64,000 nucleotides of DNA from Candidatus Omnitrophota bacterium (GTDB lineage Bacteria; Omnitrophota; Gorgyraeia; Zapsychrales; JBAZNR01): NCBI GenBank assembly GCA_041649175.1, contig JBAZNR010000002.1, forward strand, positions 114,822 through 178,821, given 5' to 3'. Position numbers and translations under genes: made by a program. Each line of letters opens with the position of its first letter. Within the stretch, counting starts at the first letter, position 1. This document shows positions 31,172 to 39,824 of the stretch, in pieces. The notes under the pieces were generated by a model. It was given only the letters and a program-made list of their open reading frames with translations. It did no database searches and was not told where the DNA came from.

Positions 31172-32785
31172 ATGAAAAAAATAACTGAATTAAAATTAGG
31201 GTTTAGCGATGCGGAAAATTACAAACGCAAGGAAAATAAAGAGTTGTTTAATGCTATTTTTGTGAAAAATGTTTTTCTCGAGCAGCTAATGAGCCCTAGT
31301 TCATTTTTCTTGATTGGTGAAAAAGGTACGGGAAAAACCGCATATGCCGTCTACTTATCTAATAGTGTTTATCAAGGGAACAAGTCAGAGTTAAAATATA
31401 TCAGAGAAACTGATTATCAAAAATTTGTCAACCTAAAACAAAAGCACCACCTTTTGCTATCGGATTATGAAAGCATATGGAAAGTTATTATCTTGTTACT
31501 ACTAGCAAAGAGTATTAATGTCGAAGAATTAGAAGGCAACCCTTTTAGTAAGAACAAGAAATTTAAGATTATATTAGAAGCAATTGATGAATATTATAAT
31601 CACGCATTCTCACCAGAGATATTAGCAGCTTTGAATTTGATTGAAAATTCAAAGATAGCGGCAGAACTGGTGTCAAAGCATTTAAAGGCAGGAGGCGAGC
31701 AGACTGCCCAAACTTCATTTCAAGAATCACGTTTTCAAGTGAACTTACTTTACTTGCAGCGTGAATTCGAAAGAGCCCTTAGCGACATAAAAACAAAAAC
31801 ACATCATATACTCTTCATCGATGGAATAGATATAAGGCCTGGATCAATTCCTTACGATGAATATCTGGAATGCATCAAGGGCTTAGGCAATGCTATTTGG
31901 AACCTGAACAATGATTTTTTTTCTCAATTAAAATACTCCAATGGTAGGTTTCGTGCAGTATTATTAATACGGCCAGACATATTTAATTCGATCGGTTTGC
32001 AAAATTCTACGAACAAGATATTAGATAATTCAGTTTTTCTTGATTGGAAAACCACATACCCAGATTACCGCCATTCACAAATCTTCGGACTTATTGATAG
32101 ATTATTAAATGCTCAGCAAGGGAAAAAGTTCGAACATGGAGAGGCTTGGGATTTTTATTTCCCTTGGAAATCGCCTACCACAAGTCCAAGCAGAGGTCAT
32201 GACCCATCGTTTTACAAATTACTACGTCTCTCTTATTCAAGACCGCGAGACTTAGTTACAATATTGAAAATTCTTCAACAGGTTGCAATTGAAGATAAAA
32301 CCCAAGAAAATACGTTTTTCTCACTAGAGAACTTTGACAGTGACAAATTTCAAAATCGATATTCTGAATATCTTATGGGAGGAATAAAAGATCAGCTATC
32401 GTTTTACTATACAGACAAAGATTACGAATTCTTTTTAAAATTCTTTAATCATTTTGAAGGTAAAGGTAGATTTGATTACAATGAATATCTATCGGCTTAC
32501 AAGAAATTTACTGAGGACATATTAAATTACCATACAGGAATTCCAGAATTTGTTGATAATCCGGATAAATTCTTACAATTTTTGTATGACACCAATATTC
32601 TTTGCTACATTGAGAATTCAAGATCAAGCAACCCATCTTTTAGCTGGTGCTATCGAGACAGAAGCCCGGCCAATATATCTCCAAAGGTAAAGAGTAACGT
32701 AAGATATGAAATACATTATGGCCTGCTGAAGTCTCTTAATTTAGGATTTGGAAGCAAAAAAAGAAAGAAATATGAAAAAGGGTGA
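31172..32785 (+). CDS. P-loop NTPase of unassigned family (Walker A GEKGTGKT, Walker B ILFIDGID, downstream SRPRD motif)
   Basis: The 537-aa ORF has Walker A at residues 49-56 (nt 31316..31339) and Walker B hhhhDGxD at residues 213-220 (nt ~31808..31831). The two are separated by about 155 aa, indicating an inserted helical region. LLIRPDIF (263-270) is a possible sensor strand, and LSYSRPRDLV (353-362) is a possible Arg sensor. The C-terminal ~170 aa is unassigned. The gene is very AT-rich and sits 70 nt downstream of the TIR-like gene on the same strand. Confidence 0.65.
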   Translation: MKKITELKLGFSDAENYKRKENKELFNAIFVKNVFLEQLMSPSSFFLIGEKGTGKTAYAVYLSNSVYQGNKSELKYIRETDYQKFVNLKQKHHLLLSDYESIWKVIILLLLAKSINVEELEGNPFSKNKKFKIILEAIDEYYNHAFSPEILAALNLIENSKIAAELVSKHLKAGGEQTAQTSFQESRFQVNLLYLQREFERALSDIKTKTHHILFIDGIDIRPGSIPYDEYLECIKGLGNAIWNLNNDFFSQLKYSNGRFRAVLLIRPDIFNSIGLQNSTNKILDNSVFLDWKTTYPDYRHSQIFGLIDRLLNAQQGKKFEHGEAWDFYFPWKSPTTSPSRGHDPSFYKLLRLSYSRPRDLVTILKILQQVAIEDKTQENTFFSLENFDSDKFQNRYSEYLMGGIKDQLSFYYTDKDYEFFLKFFNHFEGKGRFDYNEYLSAYKKFTEDILNYHTGIPEFVDNPDKFLQFLYDTNILCYIENSRSSNPSFSWCYRDRSPANISPKVKSNVRYEIHYGLLKSLNLGFGSKKRKKYEKG

Positions 32786-32859
32786 AAAGGGGGACAGCGC
32801 CCGTTAATTTAATAAATAAAATTCTCGCAAATCGTTATTGACGGAACGGACATAGTTAA

Positions 32860-33465
32860 ATGCAAATATTTCTAAAATCAAAAATTATTTTTATTGCGGC
32901 CTTTTCTCTGGCTTTTTACGGCTGTGTCGGAATCGGAGCACCTATATTAGACCCTTGGACAAATTCTCAAAATGTTGATGGGTTGCTTGCACATAACCGG
33001 CCGCTTCCTGCTGAACTTCTTATTGAAGCTACGATGGAGAATTGCAAAAGGAAAAATGATGAGCTCGGTCTGGCTCTCGCCTATAAAATGTTTGCAAATT
33101 TTTTGGAATCATCAACTGTAAAAAATTGGGAATACCATTATCGAAGAGACGGATTTATAATCGATAAAACAGTGACTTTCGATAACCGCCTGGATAAAGC
33201 CCGCGAATACTGGTATAAATCGTTGCATCTTTATCAAAAAAATAATGCGCATGCCGAAGAGTCCAATATATATGTCAATATTGCCACCTCCGACTTTTTT
33301 ATTAAGAATGATCCTCAAACTGCCTGTCAAAATCTCGACTTAAGCCTTGAGGCTCATGTAAAATTTAGGAAAGATCATCCTGACAAGCCCATTATAATGG
33401 ACAAGAGATTTAAAGATTTTCCTGATTACATCAAAGCCGCAAAAGAACAATTTGAGTGCAAATAA
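32860..33465 (+). CDS. hypothetical secreted protein / possible lipoprotein
   Basis: The 201-aa ORF has an N-terminal signal peptide with a Cys at the end of the h-region (AFSLAFYGCVG, a non-canonical lipobox). It is AT-rich. I recognise no motifs. Confidence 0.4.
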   Translation: MQIFLKSKIIFIAAFSLAFYGCVGIGAPILDPWTNSQNVDGLLAHNRPLPAELLIEATMENCKRKNDELGLALAYKMFANFLESSTVKNWEYHYRRDGFIIDKTVTFDNRLDKAREYWYKSLHLYQKNNAHAEESNIYVNIATSDFFIKNDPQTACQNLDLSLEAHVKFRKDHPDKPIIMDKRFKDFPDYIKAAKEQFECK

Positions 33466-33542
33466 AACAAAACGGGCACAGCCCGTCTCGTCCGCTAAAT
33501 TGCGAAAGGGTCAGTCCTCGATAAGAAAATGAGGCGAATAAA

Positions 33543-33878
33543 ATGAAAAAATTTTTTCTTATATTCGGCTGGTTTGAGATCATCCTTGGCGGTTGTTTAG
33601 GCGTGTTTGCGTTATCCATCAGCCTCTTTGATCTTTTCACGATGCGCGCTGAAGGAGTTTACATCCTTGTTGGAATCTTGTTTTTATTACCGCTTTCTTT
33701 ATTGCTTTTGGTTTCCGGTTTTATGCTCAAAAAGGGAAGCATTATCGGAAAAGCGCTGTCGATCGCGTCGGTTTTGATCATTCTTTTTCTTGTTTTAAGC
33801 TATTCTGCTTTTCTGCAGGATAGGAAAGATCATAGGGAAAAAATAAACACGCGTATTGAAGAGCAGAAGAATAAATAA
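33543..33878 (+). CDS. hypothetical small membrane protein
   Basis: The 111-aa ORF has 3 TM helices and a charged C-terminal tail (DRKDHREKINTRIEEQKNK). Confidence 0.4.
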   Translation: MKKFFLIFGWFEIILGGCLGVFALSISLFDLFTMRAEGVYILVGILFLLPLSLLLLVSGFMLKKGSIIGKALSIASVLIILFLVLSYSAFLQDRKDHREKINTRIEEQKNK

Positions 33879-33882
33879 CCAA

Positions 33883-34022
33883 GATGCAATAACCTATGAG
33901 TAATAATTAGGGAACTACGGTTGATAGGATGAGTTGTGCGTTGTGAGTCGAGTTGTGAGTTTTGGGCGTGGGTAAACCCAAAAACACACAACACAAAACC
34001 TGACACAAAACTCATAACGCAT
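33883..34022. repeat. ~140-bp imperfect palindrome with strand-skewed GT-rich / CA-rich halves
   Basis: The left half is GATGCAATAACCTATGAGT...GAGTTGTGCGTTGTGAGTCGAGTTGTGAGTTTTGGGCGTGGGT. The right half is ACCCAAAAACACACAACACAAAACCTGACACAAAACTCATAACGCATC. They are approximately reverse-complementary, with a 7-bp core stem TTTTGGG/CCCAAAA around the loop CGTGGGTAAA. Confidence 0.45.
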
Positions 34023-34041
34023 CCCAATAACCAATAAAAAT

Positions 34042-35007
34042 ATGTTAAAAACTACCATCGATTATCTTTTTTATAGTGTTTTAAAGCTGCCGCTCGACTC
34101 ACCCTCGGTTGAAATGGCGAACTTTTTTATCTACGATTCCATCAAGATCCTTTTGCTTTTATTTTCCATGATCTGGGTGATCGGGATCTTGCGCACCTTT
34201 GTTTCGCAAGAGAAGATCAAAGGCTGGCTGGGCCGCAGTAAAGGCGTGGGGAATTTATTCGCCTCAATTTTTGGCGCTATTACACCGTTTTGTTCGTGCT
34301 CGTCCATTCCGCTTTTTATCAGCTTTTTGAAAGCCGGTGTTCCTTTGGGCGTGACATTTTCCTTTTTGATCACCTCACCTCTGGTCAATGAATATCTGGT
34401 CGTTTTGATGATCGGGTTTTTCGGTTGGAAAATAGCCATGCTTTACGCGTTTTTCGGGATTTTTATCGGCGTTATGGCGGGAATGGTTTTAGGAATGATG
34501 AAACTAGAAAAAAATCTGGCGGCCGATATTTTTAACGCGCAGTACGCCGAAACGCCCGCAGCAGTTGCGACATACAAAAACTTCAAAGCGCGAGTTTTGT
34601 TTGGTTCAGGCGAGGCTGTCACGATCGTGAAACAACTTTGGGGCTGGGTTTTAGTGGGTGTCGCCATGGGCGCGTGGATCCACAATTACATTCCGCAAGA
34701 AATGGTCAATACCGTGGTGAGCAAAGCCGGGATCTTAGGCGTTCCGGCGGCGGTTGCTTTAGGCGTTCCGATGTACGGCGGCTGCGCGGCCATTGTTCCG
34801 GTGGCGGTTGTTTTATTCCAAAAGGGTTTTCCGTTAGGGACGGCGCTTTCCTTTATGATGGCGGTTTCCGCCCTTAGTTTGCCGGAAGCCATTATGCTTC
34901 GCCGGGTGATGAATTTGCGATTAGTAATCATCTTTTTTGCCGTGACAACCTTAGGTATTATCATTACGGGATATTTGTTCAACTTTTTGCAGGGGATCAT
35001 TGTTTAA
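34042..35007 (+). CDS. DUF318/ArsP-family predicted permease
   Basis: The 321-aa polytopic ORF has the family-typical [10 protein letters not shown] motif, with a second half repeating the topology. The true start may be the internal Met (~34114). Confidence 0.6.
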   Translation: MLKTTIDYLFYSVLKLPLDSPSVEMANFFIYDSIKILLLLFSMIWVIGILRTFVSQEKIKGWLGRSKGVGNLFASIFGAITPFCSCSSIPLFISFLKAGVPLGVTFSFLITSPLVNEYLVVLMIGFFGWKIAMLYAFFGIFIGVMAGMVLGMMKLEKNLAADIFNAQYAETPAAVATYKNFKARVLFGSGEAVTIVKQLWGWVLVGVAMGAWIHNYIPQEMVNTVVSKAGILGVPAAVALGVPMYGGCAAIVPVAVVLFQKGFPLGTALSFMMAVSALSLPEAIMLRRVMNLRLVIIFFAVTTLGIIITGYLFNFLQGIIV

Positions 35008-35842
35008 CAAATTAAAGAAAGAGCAAAATATGAATTGGAAGCCATCAGGAAAATTTACAGATATTAAATACGTTAAATCCGAGGGAATAGCGAAAATCAC
35101 TATCAATCGCCCGCAAGTGCGAAATGCGTTTCGGCCCTTAACGGTTCAGGAAATTTCTCAAGCCTTAAATGACGCGCGCGATGATGAAAGAATCGGCGTT
35201 ATCATTTTAGCGGGTGAAGGAAAGCTGGCGTTTTGTTCGGGCGGCGATCAAAGCGTGCGAGGAAATGCCGGATATAAAGATTCTAAAGGCGTTCATCGGC
35301 TTAATGTTTTAGACCTTCAGCGTCAGATCCGCAGCTGTCCAAAACCGGTGATCGCGATGGTGGCAGGATACGCTGTTGGCGGCGGGCAAATACTACAAAT
35401 GCTCTGCGACTTGACCATTGCGGCCGACAATGCGATCTTTGGCCAAACCGGCCCTAAAGTGGGCTCATTTGACGGTGGTTATGGCGCCAGCTACATGGCG
35501 CGCATCGTCGGGCAAAAGAAAGCGCGCGAGATATGGTTTTTGTGCCGACAATATAACGCGAAACAAGCTTTGGAGATGGGTCTGGTGAATACAGTTGTTC
35601 CTTTAAAGAATTTGGAAACGGAAACAGTGAAATGGTGCAAAGAGATTTTAGCCAATTCACCGATGGCCATTCGCTGTTTAAAAGCCGCGCTTAACGCAGA
35701 TTGCGATGGACAAGCGGGCTTGCAAGAACTTGCCGGAAACGCCACGATGTTATTTTATATGAGCGAAGAAGGGCAAGAAGGCAGAAACGCGTTTTTAGAA
35801 AAGAGAAAGCCGAATTTTAGTAAGTTTCCGAAAAGACCATAG
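35000..35842 (+). CDS. menB: 1,4-dihydroxy-2-naphthoyl-CoA synthase (crotonase fold)
   Basis: It has the MenB signatures FCSGGDQ, the GYAVGGG oxyanion-hole region, and the C-terminal [17 protein letters not shown]. The start is probably the internal Met at 35030. Confidence 0.9.
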   Translation: MFNKLKKEQNMNWKPSGKFTDIKYVKSEGIAKITINRPQVRNAFRPLTVQEISQALNDARDDERIGVIILAGEGKLAFCSGGDQSVRGNAGYKDSKGVHRLNVLDLQRQIRSCPKPVIAMVAGYAVGGGQILQMLCDLTIAADNAIFGQTGPKVGSFDGGYGASYMARIVGQKKAREIWFLCRQYNAKQALEMGLVNTVVPLKNLETETVKWCKEILANSPMAIRCLKAALNADCDGQAGLQELAGNATMLFYMSEEGQEGRNAFLEKRKPNFSKFPKRP

Positions 35843-35983
35843 CTTAAAATTCCAATAACCAAGCAACAATAACCAAATAATGTTCAAACCTCAATTTACA
35901 AATTCCAATATGTTTGGTGATTGGATTTTGATTATTGGAATTTATTTGTACCTTGTATCTTGGGATTTGGTTATTAAATTAAC

Positions 35984-36868
35984 ATGAATCTTTCTGAATT
36001 AAAAAATTGGCTTTTAGCGATTCGCCCCAAAACTCTTCCGGCGGCGATAGCGCCGGTTATTATCGGTACGGCGATGGCGGCTTCCGACCATCGTTTTCAT
36101 TTCTTTTCTGCCTTGGCCGCTCTTTTGGGTGCGCTTCTTATTCAAATTTTAGCCAATCTTACAAACGATTATTTTGATTTTAAAAAAGGCGCGGATACCA
36201 ACGAACGCATTGGCCCAACGCGGGTGATGCAGGCGGGATTGATCAACTCTAAACAGATGAAGATCGCCATTGCCATTGTTGTTGGATTGATCGGTCTTGT
36301 GACGGCATTTTTATTCTTTCGCGGCGGAATTCCCATCGCGATCATTGGAGTTCTCTCTATCATTTGCGCGTTTCTTTATACCGCCGGGCCTTTTTCTTTA
36401 GGATATTTAGGTTTAGGAGAAGTTTTTGTTTTTATTTTCTTTGGGCTGGTCGCGGTTACCGGAACATATTTTGTTCAAGCACTCACTATAAAACCTATTG
36501 TTTTGATCGCGGGAATTGCGCCGGGGCTTTTATCCGTCGCTATCTTGACAGTTAATAATTTGCGCGATCTTGACCAAGACCGAAAAGCAGGTAAAAAGAC
36601 TTTAGCTGTTCGTTTTGGGCGTGCCTTTGCCATTATGGAATACTTTTATTCAATTGTGATCGCCGCGTTCGTTCCGCTCATTTTATTTTTTATCACTGTT
36701 AGCCATTCGTACGCGTTGACCTCAATGATCATCTTACTTTTAGCCGCTCCGGCCATGCGAACCGTTTTTACCAAAACCGACGGGCCTGTGCTTAATGAAA
36801 CCTTGGCTTACACAGGGCAACTTCTTTTTATCTACAGCCTGCTTTTTTCTTTAGGATGGATCTTGTGA
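35984..36868 (+). CDS. menA: 1,4-dihydroxy-2-naphthoate polyprenyltransferase (UbiA family)
   Basis: The 294-aa UbiA-fold membrane protein has NDYFDFKKGAD (the first Asp-rich motif) and a second motif NNLRDLDQDRKAGKKTL. Confidence 0.85.
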   Translation: MNLSELKNWLLAIRPKTLPAAIAPVIIGTAMAASDHRFHFFSALAALLGALLIQILANLTNDYFDFKKGADTNERIGPTRVMQAGLINSKQMKIAIAIVVGLIGLVTAFLFFRGGIPIAIIGVLSIICAFLYTAGPFSLGYLGLGEVFVFIFFGLVAVTGTYFVQALTIKPIVLIAGIAPGLLSVAILTVNNLRDLDQDRKAGKKTLAVRFGRAFAIMEYFYSIVIAAFVPLILFFITVSHSYALTSMIILLLAAPAMRTVFTKTDGPVLNETLAYTGQLLFIYSLLFSLGWIL

Positions 36869-37830
36869 ACATAAAACAGATCGAAATCCTCAAATACAAA
36901 CTTCCGCTTAAAATTCCGCTTATTTTCAAGAAGCATAGACTACGATTTCGTGAAGGATTTGTGATTGAAATTGCCGACTTAGAAGGGAATTTTGGGTTGG
37001 GAGAAATTTCTCCTTTGCCGGGATTTAGCCGGGAAAGTTTATCGATGGTTAAAAGGGAATTGTTTTTACTTAAAAAGCGGCTCCTGGGCGAAGAGCTTTC
37101 AAAAGATTTCTTGAAACTTGAAGGACGTTTTTTTAAATGGCTTGATCGCTACAAGCTTTCCGCTTCCGTGCGCTGCGGTGTGGAAATGGCCGTTTTAGAC
37201 CTTTTGGAAAATAAAAAGAAGAACGCGGTTTCGGCGACAGTTCCGGTTGCCGGGCTTTTAACGGGAACAAAAGAGGAAGTTTGCCGCCACACAAAAGAAT
37301 TGTTGGCGCACAAGTTCAAGGTTTTTAAACTGAAAATTGGACGCGGAACGCTCAAAGAAGAGATCTTAAAAACGAAAACAGTTTTGTGGCTCTTGGCGGG
37401 CAGGGCGAGCTTGCGCCTTGATTGCAATCGTCAATTCAGTTTTAAAGAAGCGGTCGAATTCGCTTCGCATTTTAAAGCCAAGGATCTTGAATATATCGAA
37501 GAGCCATTTGCGGATTTTAAACACATTCCCGAATTCTTTAAGAAAACCGGGATCGGAGTTGCTCTAGATGAAACGCTTCTTGAGATCGATCCGGCTGATC
37601 TAAAAAAGTTTTCCGGTGTTAAAGCACTGGTTTTAAAACCGACCATTCTCGGCGGATTTGAGCGCTGTATGCAATTCATTCGCGTGGCGAAAAAGCTAGG
37701 AATTGAATCTGTTATTAGCTCAAGCTTTGAAACAACGATAGGCTTAATGGCTTTGGCGCGTTTTGCCGCGAAAATTGACAAAAAAATCGCCCATGGCCTT
37801 GATACAGAAAAATGGTTCAAAGAACAATGA
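36856..37830 (+). CDS. menC: o-succinylbenzoate synthase (enolase superfamily)
   Basis: The 324-aa ORF has the MenC-like N-terminal capping region (FREGFVIEIADLEGNFGLGEISPLPGF) and a KxK region (FKLKIGRG). It overlaps the menA end and the menE start. Confidence 0.75.
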   Translation: MDLVNIKQIEILKYKLPLKIPLIFKKHRLRFREGFVIEIADLEGNFGLGEISPLPGFSRESLSMVKRELFLLKKRLLGEELSKDFLKLEGRFFKWLDRYKLSASVRCGVEMAVLDLLENKKKNAVSATVPVAGLLTGTKEEVCRHTKELLAHKFKVFKLKIGRGTLKEEILKTKTVLWLLAGRASLRLDCNRQFSFKEAVEFASHFKAKDLEYIEEPFADFKHIPEFFKKTGIGVALDETLLEIDPADLKKFSGVKALVLKPTILGGFERCMQFIRVAKKLGIESVISSSFETTIGLMALARFAAKIDKKIAHGLDTEKWFKEQ

Positions 37831-39323
37831 AAACGATTCCGTGCCCCTGGAGTGCTGCCGCAAAGAAATTTCCTCATCAGCCGGCGTTTATTCTTAAAAG
37901 CCGGCATGTTTCTTATCAGCAATTCGATCAGATCTGCGCGAAAACATTATTGACGCTGAAGGAATCCGGAATAAAGCCAAATGAACACATTGCCATTGTT
38001 TCACCCAATTCTTTTGAATATGTTGTTTTATTAGTAGCGCTCTGGCGGTTAAAAGCGGTCGCGGTTCCCATAAACACGCGTTTACCGGAAAAGGGAATTG
38101 CGGCGGCGCTTAAAAAGATAAGTGGAAGAAAGATTTTTCTCGCGCAAAAGGCAAATTTGCCTTTTGCGCAGCAGTTCCTGATCAGAGATTTTATTTATCC
38201 GCCGTGTTGTTGTGAATGCGAAGCAAAAGCGCAAAAGATTTCTTACGATCAAGACGCGACCATTGTTTTTACGTCAGGAAGCTCCGGTGAACCGAAAGCT
38301 GTTTTACATTCATTCGCAAATCATTTTTATAATGCTCTAGGGTCCAATAAAAACATTTCTCTTAAAATCGGCGACAGCTGGCTTTTATCCTTACCGCTTT
38401 ATCACGTCGGCGGCTTAGGAATTTTATTTCGCGCAGCTCTTAGCGGCGCGGCTGTCATTGTTCCCGAAGAAAATGAAACCCTGGAAAGATCGATCAAGCA
38501 TTATAAACCAACCCATCTTTCCTTGGTGGCGACACAACTTTATCGTCTTTTGCTCCGACGTCCCGATAAAAATGTTGGGAGTCGGAGTTCCGACCTTCTT
38601 GATAATGCTTCGCAAAGCGTCGGAAAAAATATCATCAGGGATCTTCAAAGGATGAAAGCTGTTTTAATTGGCGGAAGCGCGATCCCTGAAAACCTTATCA
38701 AAGGATCTTTCCGTCAAAAAATTCCCATTTATTTAACCTATGGATTGACTGAAATGGCGTCGCAAGTCGCGACAACAAAAAAGGGCTCAATAGATTCAGC
38801 AAAACCGCTTCAATTTCGAAAACTTAAAATCGCGAAAGACGGCGAGATATTAGTCAAAGGCGAGACATTGTTCAGGGGATATGTTTCCGGAGCTAAGGTC
38901 GCCCGCGCATTGACGCGAGACGGATGGTTTCCAACCGGCGATCTGGGACGATTTGACAGATCCGGCGCTTTGCATATTTTGGGACGCAAAGATAATATGT
39001 TCATTTCCGGCGGGGAAAATATTCAGCCTGAAGAGATCGAAAGGTCACTCTTGAAGCTTCCCGGAATTTCGCAAACCGTAGTCGTTCCGGTAAAAAATAA
39101 TGAGTTTGGGTTTCGCCCGGTTGCCTTTATCAAAACAACGCATCAAGCAAAGATCAATTCTGAAAGAATAAAAACAGTTTTGCGAAAAACCCTTCCGGGA
39201 TTTAAGATCCCCGACGCCTTTTATCCCTGGCCCAAAGATCTAAAAGAAAATTTAAAAATGAAACGGCTAAGTTTCCTGCAGATGGTGGGAAGCTGTAAAG
39301 TTACTTTAAAGAAAACTTTTTAA
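37812..39323 (+). CDS. menE: o-succinylbenzoate--CoA ligase (adenylate-forming enzyme)
   Basis: It has the AMP-binding motifs TSGSSGEPKAV and YGLTE, and C-terminal GWFPTGDLG...GRKDNMFISGGENI. Confidence 0.75.
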   Translation: MVQRTMKTIPCPWSAAAKKFPHQPAFILKSRHVSYQQFDQICAKTLLTLKESGIKPNEHIAIVSPNSFEYVVLLVALWRLKAVAVPINTRLPEKGIAAALKKISGRKIFLAQKANLPFAQQFLIRDFIYPPCCCECEAKAQKISYDQDATIVFTSGSSGEPKAVLHSFANHFYNALGSNKNISLKIGDSWLLSLPLYHVGGLGILFRAALSGAAVIVPEENETLERSIKHYKPTHLSLVATQLYRLLLRRPDKNVGSRSSDLLDNASQSVGKNIIRDLQRMKAVLIGGSAIPENLIKGSFRQKIPIYLTYGLTEMASQVATTKKGSIDSAKPLQFRKLKIAKDGEILVKGETLFRGYVSGAKVARALTRDGWFPTGDLGRFDRSGALHILGRKDNMFISGGENIQPEEIERSLLKLPGISQTVVVPVKNNEFGFRPVAFIKTTHQAKINSERIKTVLRKTLPGFKIPDAFYPWPKDLKENLKMKRLSFLQMVGSCKVTLKKTF

Positions 39324-39708
39324 GCGTTGTTTTGAGTTTTTCGGGTAAGGGGATCTTCTTGCGTTTTTTTCCATCCAAAGAAACATGGACCGTTTTCGCT
39401 GTTCCGGCTAGCTTTTTATTTTTTGTGAAGATCTGATAGTCTAATGTAAAGGATGATTGGCCGATGTTTTTAACAGCAACGTAAACGTCAAGTGTTTCGC
39501 CCACTATAAGAGGGGCGTGATAATCGGCCTCGGCATGAACGATGACCAGAAGGACTTTATTGGCGCGGATCATCGAGGCTATTTCAAAGCCGATGGAATC
39601 AAAGAACATTTCAAAAGCGTCATGAACGATCTTGAATTGATTAGCAAAGAAAAGAATTCCGGCGGCATCTGTATCGTGAAGCTTTACGGTCGCGCGATAG
39701 GTAAACAT
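39301..39708 (-). CDS. hotdog-fold acyl-CoA thioesterase (4HBT family; candidate DHNA-CoA thioesterase)
   Basis: The 135-aa ORF has the 4HBT pattern (HDTDAAGILFFANQFKIVHDAFEMF). It is convergent with, and overlaps, the menE 3' end. Confidence 0.65.
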   Translation of the reverse strand: MFTYRATVKLHDTDAAGILFFANQFKIVHDAFEMFFDSIGFEIASMIRANKVLLVIVHAEADYHAPLIVGETLDVYVAVKNIGQSSFTLDYQIFTKNKKLAGTAKTVHVSLDGKKRKKIPLPEKLKTTLKKFSLK

Positions 39709-39743
39709 GGTTCCTCCAATAGAAAAGATTATAACACAGGCTT

Positions 39744-39771
39744 TAAGATTTTGTTGACATTGCTAGGAAAA
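39744..39771 (+). promoter_or_regulatory. sigma70-like promoter for aquaporin gene (TTGACA-16-TATCAT)
   Basis: A perfect -35 TTGACA lies at 39744..39749, a 16-nt spacer follows, and TATCAT lies at 39766..39771. An AAGGAGG SD sits just before the ATG at 39825. Confidence 0.45.
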
Positions 39772-39824
39772 ATTGTATCATAAATAAGGCTTTTTTCTAC
39801 CGATTAATTGTTCAAGGAGGCAAT

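Noticed and set aside
30248-32785. Considered calling the TIR-like/NTPase pair a Thoeris, CBASS or Avs system
   Set aside because: There is no SIR2/SLOG ThsA, no CD-NTase/cyclase, and the NTPase (537 aa, no repeat sensor domain) is not a STAND/Avs architecture. So it does not fit a named system and is reported as a candidate new module instead.
29202-35007. Classical mobile element (prophage, ICE, IS)
   Set aside because: No integrase, recombinase, transposase, tRNA target or terminal inverted repeat pair was recognisable. Only compositional bias and the edge palindrome support foreign origin.
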